The notes under the pieces were generated by a model. The model was not told where the DNA came from. It ran no database searches and saw nothing but the letters and a program-made list of their open reading frames with translations. The position numbers and the translations under genes were made by a program. Of a stretch of DNA of 64,000 bases, positions 55,061 to 64,000 are shown piece by piece; position 1 is the first letter of the stretch; every line of letters begins with the position of its first letter. The stretch comes from the human T2T-CHM13v2.0 reference genome, Homo sapiens: assembly GCF_009914755.1 (NCBI RefSeq), contig NC_060927.1. One strand, 5' to 3'.

Positions 55061-57024
55061 TATTGTGATAATGAAATAAATGAGAAAAAATAGTATCACT
55101 TAGAAGTTAGAAGAGGCAAGGAAAGTGTTGTCAAAATAGAAAAGGCTTGTGTATATTGTTCATGAGCTCAAGGAAAAAGATCTGTGGCAAGAAAGAGCTA
55201 AAAGATTCAAAAGCAGGAGTAGCAACGATGTGATTTTGAAAGAGTAAAAACATCTTTTCTGAATTGAAGGTAACACGATGTGCAAACATAAATTCGTAGT
55301 GGTGTCAGTCAACACTGTTACATGACCTTTTTCAGAAAATTCTGAGCTGTTAAGGAGTAGGTTCAGAAGAATCAGAAGACATGATTTAGTCAATGTTAGT
55401 CATGGGCAAGATGGGTTCAGCAGAAGATCAGCTGTGGAATGATAATTAGAGCCCTAGTAAAAATATGTAGAGAAAAAGAGATAATAGTAAGGATTGAAGG
55501 AATGGCATTTACTATGCATAAGACATTTCTGCTCACTGATTATATGTTGATTGGACTAGTTTGTTACCAGTTTTAGCAGAAAATCTGAAAGTAGCCCTCT
55601 CTAGCTCATACTTCAGTTCTCTTTCCAGCTTTAAATAATTAACTTGTTTACTTGAATCTATCAAGGTTGATAATCCTCAGCAAGTTTAGGAAATGTTTTA
55701 CTTCTCCTCCTACTGGTTTTTTTAAGTTTCTACACCTACTGGTATTGTAGATAAACATTAGTATGTATTTGTTAATAAAATCTTCTTTCAAAAAATTTGA
55801 AATTTTTACAGTTTTTCATCCTTCACAAAAGTATCTATATTTCAGATTAAATCTGACCAGAAGTCTAGACCGCTGTGCATTGCCAGAGGTAAATAGATTC
55901 TGACTTTAAACACAAGGAATGATACAGCAAGAAAAAGACAGTTGTTGCCCTAGAAGCAGCTCTACAATGACATCACTAACAGTGATGCTGGTTTCTAAAT
56001 TGTCATCTACTCCATAAAACATTAATTTTGCATTCATCTTTTATTGAAAGCAGTCCTTATACACAGTTTCTATTTTAAAAATATCTATTTTTTAAAATTT
56101 ATTGTACCATTTATTTCTTGGCCCTTAAGTGCTAGCTCAAAGATCATGATGACTTATTATCCCTGCTCCATGATTATGTCTTCTTAACTGCTCAACAATT
56201 TGGAGGAGCTCCTGTCCTTGTGGGTCTAGATTCCCCCAATTTTCAGTGCTTGCTCCACCTAGTAAGTGTCTTTCTGTGCATCTTGAATGTTCTCCAAGAG
56301 AGCGTGGATGAATAAGCCAGTGTCACTACATGCTTAAGTGCAAATAGCAGCCATTTCAGCAATCAGGGACAAGAGATCAGGCAAAAGCATTCTTTAACAT
56401 TGTGCGATCTTCACATTTTTATTTAACGATTACTGATTTATTAAAGCTGCATATGTTCAGAAGATTCTGTTCCTTGTACAAGAAGTGTTTAAGTGCTTTT
56501 CTTATATCAATTTGTTCTTTCTGGAATTTTTTTTTAAATCTTCTCTTCCAAGCTTCATTAGTTATCAAAATCATTCTTTTTCATGTGCCAGGATGTGGCC
56601 CAAAGGTTAACTTGTCCATCTAACTTAATCAAGAGGTGACTGTACTCTGGTATCCCTGAGACATGCAGAATTAAAAGGTTATAAACCCTGAATGTTTAGA
56701 ACATTGTTTCAGCACATATTAATTAGTGACAAATGACCTGAATTGATTCTATCTATATCCAGTTCAAATGAGCAAGCAGATATTCGACTTTTAGCTTCTA
56801 ATGCTAGAAGCCTGGATGTTGGATTTTTTTTTCACAAGGAGACTCAGTGTCTAGTTTCAACAGCTTGAACAAGTTAGGCTTTTGATTTTATCAGTCTCAC
56901 ACAGGGTGAGCAGACTCTGCAGAAATGACTTACATTAAGTAAGGCTGTCAGAAACTGATTTATAGAGCAAAATGGCATTTTATCAATTTGCAGGTAGAAG
57001 AGAAAGAGAAGGGACTTTGCAACT

Positions 57025-57235
57025 GTGTAGAATGGAGTTTAATTCTCAACTTTACCATTTAATAGCTGTGTAACTTTGGAGATGTAATTTAATCTCTTTA
57101 AATTTATTTTTCCCATTTCTAAAATGAGTATAATACATATTCAGGACTCTGGTGAGAATTACATAGGCTAGTATGAAAAGTGCCTAGAAACCTCTCTGGA
57201 ATATACTATGTGCTAAGTAAATATTAGTTTCTTTT
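57025..57235 (+). mobile_element. MIR SINE
   Basis: ccatttaatagctgtgtaactttgg...atttaatctct...taaaatgagtataata...aaagtgcctagaa...aaatattagtt. Confidence 0.8.
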
Positions 57236-58859
57236 TCATCATTTCTATTGAGAACAGAAATGTTTATCTAGTAAGAGTTTGGTGCACTTGTGGGTGGATT
57301 CCTTCAGAATGTCAGCCTACAAATTAAATAGTTATTTCGTGAACATGGAATTACACAAAGGATGATATTTTTATCTAGTACAGGATTAATGGATTGATCT
57401 TCTTTAACCTAGAAATGTCTCTGCGTGGATTGCTGGTATTGAACATTATTAGCCTTAAAGAGCCTCACTCATGGAGAATGTGAGAGGCACACAGGGAAAT
57501 GTTGACTATACGGCGCTCCTTTTTAAATACTCCTAATGAGATGTTAACTTCTCATATTATAATCTTACTTAGAAGATGACATTCTTAGTTTATTTGACTC
57601 CTAAACTTTTGGGACGAGTACTTAATTAGAAAAATATTATAGGATCTTCAATGAGGTTTGGAGATACCTTAAAATTATCAGAAGTGATTAGGGTGTGGTT
57701 TCTACATTTTCATGTTGGTTCTTACTGACTTTAATTTCTGATGATTTTCAAACCCTGAAACTTATTTTGTATCTTCAGTGTACATAGTTAAAATTACACT
57801 TAAAAACAATTAAAATGAGGTATCTCATTTTGCAAAATAGCACTGTGGCTCATGTAATACTGTACATTTTTACCACTACTGCCTTCAAGCACTTATAAAA
57901 CTTCTTTCCTCATTTTTCATTTCTCATGTTCAGTATTTCAGTTTTGTTGACAACTGAAAATGGGAATCAGATTTGAGGAATCCCTTCAATGTGGTTGATT
58001 TTTGCCCCATGAAAAAGAAGTGGTAATTTATATCAACTCTCAAGAAGTTTAGGCAAGGTGTGGGATGAAGGCAATAAAATCATAATTATAATATCATGTG
58101 CTAATGTGGAAGAACAAATTTTGAGTGTAGCAATAGGGGAGCGTCTGATTCAGACTAAACATGTACCTGCAAATTAGTCAAGAAATAATGAGACAATCTG
58201 TTACCAAACTCTTGGCTTTGCCGTTCTCTTTCTCTGGCACTACTACGAACCAAGATAAATAATTATACAATATGTAATAAAGCCACCTTGTTAATTGCCA
58301 CTTAATAAAAATAAATTAGTAAAAAGTTTGGTTAATCAATCATTGGTTCATTGGTTGCTTCAATAGTAAGGCTGAGATCTGATGGCATGGCTTTGATGGT
58401 CCACATTCTTCCCAAGTGATAAATAGTAAACTCTTCTTTTAATCATCAGACTGTATTTATAGTCTTGACTAGCATCCATTCAATAATATTAATTTGTCAT
58501 AAAAGAATATAGAATATGCATCATTTTGTTAGCCTGTCAGCACTGCAGGAAAATCAGCTCACACATATGTCATGAAGAAGATGGTGGTTTCATGTCCCTG
58601 GTTGGCAGTACATGTAAGGTTGCTGGTATAATGTACTTTGCCATTTCTGTTCCCTTTCTGAAAAAGAATTCCTTACTACCAAGGCTGCGCAGGTCCATAT
58701 GCAATGACCAAGAGTACATAAAGATAATGTCCAGTTCAGTTCAGTTTTGTGGTGTGTTTGTATTTAAAATGTGAAGTAGCGTGTCTATATGCATTCATGT
58801 TTATTTGAACAAATGCTGTAAGTCCCCTGCAACCTTTTAGTTAAGTATTGTATTTTTCT

Positions 58860-59450
58860 GCACTAGAACTTTATTTGATTTTTATTTTTCTGATTTCATG
58901 TGCTATTTATTTATTAATCTTGAGCATGAATGCTTATGTTTGAGCATAGTTAGATGCTTTAAAATCCATGCATAATAATTCAAGCATTTGGGTTTCAAAA
59001 GAACCAGTTCTTTTGAACTGGTCATTTTGGTCATTACCTGTTTACAGTTTCTTTTGATTGGTCATTATATGTGAGCATTGTCCTGCTTCTTCATATGTGT
59101 ATCAATTCTGTATCATACACTGGATATTGTGAATTATTGTAGAGACTTTGGATTCTGTTATATTCCCCCAACAAGTATTGCGGGGTTTTTTGTTGTTGAT
59201 ACTTGTCTGTTTAATAAGGCAATCAATTCAATACTTTGTGACCACTGCGGTAGGCAGCAGTTGAAATTTCTATTCAGATGTTTTAGCCTTAGTATTTTAA
59301 GAGTCTGTACTGCACAGTTCAGAGTTCTGCTAGATATTAGGTAGAGTTTACACACAGCACTTGTCCTTCTTCTCCCTCCAATTCTCTCTTTTTCAGTATT
59401 TCTTCTCCTCGCTTTCCAGGTGCTATGGTGGTTCCAAACTCTATTTCTTT
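58860..59450 (-). mobile_element. Ancient L1M-related fragments
   Basis: cctgcttcttcatatgt...ctggatattgtgaat...tagagactttggattctgttatatt; very diverged. Confidence 0.45.
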
Positions 59451-59899
59451 TAAACCAGTGACACCATGAACATTATTTATATAAATTGAAGGCAATGGAG
59501 ACAGACCAAAAGTAAACAGAAAGTAGAAAAAAATTAAAAGTCAAAACCTAGAAAATGAATGGCCCTAGGTGAGTTTGGGTGAGTTTCTTGTTTTTACAGG
59601 ATTTTGTCTGAGGACCAAATAAATAACTAAATGTTTGTACAAAATGTACTATATATACATATTTATTCCACAATTTGTAGCTTAGAATTTGTATCTGTAG
59701 GGAAGTTGGTCTATTTGGAACTCTGAAAGCAGAACTCCACTCCAAACTTTTTAACTGCTGTTATCACCTTCTGGAATATGTCCTTTTAATATCCCTCAAA
59801 TTTATTTCATATTATCCCAGTTTATCAAACATTTAGGACCCAATTGTAGTCGTAAAGGAATCTTTTTCTTACTGTTCTAGCTGACAGTGCAATCATCAT

Positions 59900-60142
59900 C
59901 TCATATTGGAACTTAAATTCCCTGGCTTACTTCACCTCTCAGAGCCCCAGTTTTCAAAGCTATAAACACAGAAATAATCATTCTTACCTCATAGGGGCAT
60001 TATCAATATTAATAATACAATATTATGCATGTATGTATGGTATATTTTATATTAATATAATATATAATAGTAACATACCATACCATACACACACATTTAT
60101 ATACACACATATACATATATGTGTGTGTATGATATGTTATAT

Positions 60143-60182
<40 letters not shown>

Positions 60183-60220
60183 TAGCATGGTTGATACCTG
60201 GTAACTATTCAGCAAATTAT
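59900..60220 (+). mobile_element. MIR SINE interrupted by a TA/CA microsatellite
   Basis: ttacttcacctctcagagccccagtttt...cttacctcatagggg ... ttagcatggttgatacctggtaa. Confidence 0.7.
60010..60180. repeat. Compound (TA)n/(CA)n microsatellite
   Basis: Ends in a perfect CA run at ~60150-60179. Confidence 0.92.
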
Positions 60221-61656
60221 GGGTGTAATTATGGGTTTAACGTCTGTCTACAATTTTTACTTAAATTGAAAGGCATGCATTTTTCAATTGCTACCTAAAG
60301 TCTCAGAAGGCTGCAATCAAGTATGAAGGCCAAGATGAGAAAGAGTTTATGCATTTACTTGATAACTCAAAAAAAAACACATATGGTAAATTATTCTTTT
60401 GTGCCACAGTAAATACTGAATATATTGGTGTCAAGCAATGGCTTAATTAATAGGATAAGAAACCATGTTCATAGAAGTTAGGAAACAAGTGTTTAGGGGT
60501 TAAATTATAATTAAAATAATTGACCTCTTAATAACTGAAAATGGTCTGTACCTAAAAAGTTGGTATAAAGTTATTATAAGTAGGATTAACTATCATTCAT
60601 CAGCATTTTGTAACACTCAGATTTGAAAGAAAGAGAAAAAGAGAGCGATAAACAGGATTTATTCACAAGAGAACCTTCTGTGGCATTTTCTGAAGATTAG
60701 AAATAATCAGTTCTAACTCCTAAGACAACCTATAAGTGTAAAATAATAATTGATATTTATAATGATGATTCTGAGTTGCACAATTTAACTCATCAAATAT
60801 GTTCATTCCCTTCCATAGATTATACTTAATAAGCCAAGAAGGGGATTCTCAATCATTTTCAAAAGATTTTTAATAAGGAATGAAATTTTAAAAATGTTTT
60901 CCTCCCTGGTTTACTTTAAATTCATGAGGAAATTTAATGAGTCAGATCATCCCATTTCCAAAGCATTGCACTATTTGTTAGGGTATACTTTTTTAAACCT
61001 CCAAGCTGCTCTGTGAAAGGTTACATTTATTTTTATGCTAATTTCCTGTCCTTACACTCAACTTCAACTGCCAAAAAGGAATGAGACTGAGGAAAGGAGA
61101 AAGAAAACAATAGGAAAGCCATTTATTCTTATACATGTAGGTCAACTTATTGGTTTATCGTCATTTAATTTGAATGTCACTTGGAAGATTTTATAGTGTG
61201 GAACAGATCGAAGTTGAAAGTGTGGGGAATAAAATTTTTTATTGTTCAGTAACTAAATAGTTCTTTTTTGGAAGCCGGAATTTAAATCCAGTCTGGTCAA
61301 ACTGTTAAAAGAAAAAGAAAAAGTAAACATAGGAAAAGGAAATTTATGGGATGGAAAAATGTCATTTTCTAAGAACTTCTTGGTTGTAAAAATCCTGATT
61401 ATTATCCCACAAAAAAGTGCACAAATGGAAAATGGGTCCAGGTAAAAGGGGTCAAGTTTAGCAAGACAAATTTGATGGTGTGGAGAGCTTCCACGTAAAT
61501 ACGACTTCATTTTAGATTAGTTATGTTCTGGGGTGACGTCTGTTATGGTGAGATAGCTCACAAAATTGGTGCTGGAGCTGATCAGCTGCGAAGTAATAAG
61601 AAAATAATTCATTTTGTGTTTTTTAATGATATTATTGGATTAATCATGAAAAACAA

Positions 61657-62165
61657 CTTTTTGGTTTTTTTCAAATTTATTTATTTTAAATTGACATAAA
61701 ATCATATGTATTTATCATGTACATGATGTTTTGAAGTATATATGCATTGTGAAATGGTTAAATCTAGCTAATTAACAAATGTGTTACCTCACATAGTTAT
61801 CATTTTTATGGCCCAAACCCTTATACATCCACTCTCTTAGCATTTTTCAAGAATACAGTATGTCATTATTAACGCTAGTCCCCATGCTGTACAACAGATC
61901 TCTTGAAGTCATTCCTCCTAACTATAAGTATGTATTCTTTGACCAGCATCTTCCCAACCTTCTCTCCCAATGACTACCCCAGCCTCTGGTAACCACCATT
62001 CTACCGTCTATTTCTGTAAGATCAACTTTTCTAGATTCTACATATCAGTGACATTGTGCAGTATTTGTTTTTCTGTGCCTGGCTTATTTCACTGAACGCA
62101 GTGTCTTCCAGGTTCATCCATGTGGCTGCAAATGACAGGATTTCCTTCTTTCTTGTGGCTGAATA
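61657..62165 (-). mobile_element. L1MA8-like LINE-1 3' UTR
   Basis: aaatggttaaatctagctaattaacaaatg, ttacctcacatagttatc, cccagcctctggtaaccaccattcta, gtggctgaatag. Confidence 0.9.
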
Positions 62166-63030
62166 GATTATCACCCTCATGTAGGCCTAGTTTTTTTGTT
62201 TGTTTCTTTGTTTGTTTGTTTTTTTAGGCAGTGCTACTGATGCTCATTCCTTTATGAATTAATTTCTTTATTTGAACTTTTCTGGTTGGGAAAGGCAATA
62301 TACATAGAAATCACTAATACCTGAGAAGAATTCATTTCCCTAATTGCTTCCTTTTATGGAAGAAGACAGACTGGGAAAGCTTTAAATTCTAAAGTTTAAG
62401 TCTTTTAGGGCTTGACATGACATCACATACCCCTTTGGAATTAATAGGAAGACAAGTTGCCTTGATAATCCTAAGGTTATCATTTCTGCTGTGAAGCAGG
62501 ACACCAGCAGCTAGCACCCTCTTAATTGTTGTATCAACTTAAGTGTATGTAACTCATTTCCTCTTATTCTGTCTAGAACAAAGAAAAACAATGTGACAAT
62601 ATACCTGTTTTATGGGTCTAGAAACTGAGGAGCAAATAGGATTGTAAACATGAAAAGATCATTTTCAGGCACTTTCTTGTTCCAGGCAAGGAACATTCTT
62701 GTACGGATTGAGATGTCTGAAAATCAAAACACTGAGTAATTTACCAAAGGTTATATTTCAAGTAGTGAGAGCTAGAACACACATTCTCAAGTACAGTGGT
62801 ATTTTATTGCCACCAACTACTGTCTGATCTTCTCAAGATTCCTCAACTTTCTTATCTGCAAAATAAGGACAAAGATAAAAATATTTAACTCAAAATATAA
62901 TTAGCATGATTCAACGGAATAATGTATAAAAATGATTAGTGGTGCTGTGTGTATATAAGATAATAATGCTAATAAGGTGGGCCCATAGTAATTTTTTAAT
63001 AACTATTCTCTTTTAATACAAAAATATATA

Positions 63031-63190
63031 CTGCAAGACTCACATGTTGGTTGGAAATTTCCCTCAAATCACCTACTGATTACCCTTGATTTCCCATTGT
63101 TTTTAGTTTCTCAAAACTAATGAAATGAAATATAGCAGAATGCTAACCCATATAAAAATAAAGTGTACCCAAATATTGTAATGTAAAAAA
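63031..63190 (+). pseudogene. Candidate 5'-truncated processed retrocopy of an mRNA 3' end (parent unidentified)
   Basis: AATAAA at 63157-63162, A-run 22 nt downstream, flanking direct repeat aaaaatatata (63020-63030 / 63186-63196). Confidence 0.5.
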
Positions 63191-64000
63191 TATATATATA
63201 TTCATATAGTAGAGCCAGAAGTGGAGTTCAAGCATGTTTAACCAAATAAGAGTTTTAATTTGCAGTTCAATCATGGGTTCAAACAGCCCATTTTTGGACC
63301 ACAACAACATATATGTCTAGCTTACTTTAATTACCTTACTTCAAAAAGTCTTGATGTTACAAGAAAATACCTGCTTTTTAACATCCAACTCCCTTCTACC
63401 AGCATGATCTTACTTCCTCCTTCTCCAGCCTGTATCCCATGGTCTTTTATTATAGTTAGATCCTTACAAACTATAACTCTCTTGTCCTTTTTATCTTCCA
63501 CTTTTCTTACTTAGCAAACCCAAACCTCTATAAATCCAGCTATCTGCATACCCTAGGCTTAAATACAAACTGGTAAACATAGCTGGATAAGAATTACTCA
63601 AGTATTATGACAGGTTTCATACAATGTGCATGACCATAAACCTCAGATTAACACACACCACAGCTCAGAAACCCTGCAGTCTGGCTCTAGTGAATTCCTT
63701 TGTTATATGCTTAGAGTTTCTCTCAAAGCACATTATGACTAAGGAGTGTGTGTATAGGGCTCCCATCCACAGGATTTCATGGCACATTCCATCTTCTACA
63801 CCACTCTAACCCACTGAAGTCCTAGAAAGGTATTTAGGTCAATTAAGCCACTAGACAATGTGAGCTGCTGATAATAAGGCAGAGCCAGACAGTTTTGTTT
63901 TGTTTTTTTTTTTAAAGTTAAGGTGGCTGCCTTCTTGTGTCTGTCACATCTAATTATTCAAAAGATTACTGCCAAGGTTGAGCCATGCTTTTAAGGGTCA

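Noticed and set aside
58526-58774. 82-aa ORF in repeat-free sequence
   Set aside because: TTG start, no recognisable homology and no convincing splice-site pair; may be non-coding conserved sequence but I cannot show it.

Overview
AT-rich, CpG-poor primate genomic DNA (AluJ/S/Y, THE1, L1PA/L1PB are present, so most likely human or another ape/Old World monkey). It reads as a large intron or intergenic interval. I recognise no protein-coding exon, RNA gene or CpG island. The supplied ORFs are chance ORFs or Alu, L1, LTR and low-complexity remnants. Much of the window is fossil transposable elements: MIR, L2, L1 fragments of several ages, about 11 Alus, MaLR and ERV1 solo LTRs and a hAT MER102. 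Family calls come from recalled consensus sequences and boundaries of old elements are approximate. I cannot support a novel biological system. The best unexplained structures are: a 105-nt near-perfect hairpin with template-switch scars (450-570); an insertion copied from 2.78 kb away (6758-6851); a ~288-bp tandem duplication with junction microhomology (23479-24058); an ancient dispersed duplication (37.4-37.8 kb vs 44.1-44.2 kb); an ERV1 LTR with a perfect STAT/GAS site; a twin-primed L1; a candidate minus-strand terminal exon (~61.1-61.3 kb); and a candidate truncated mRNA retrocopy (~63.0-63.2 kb).
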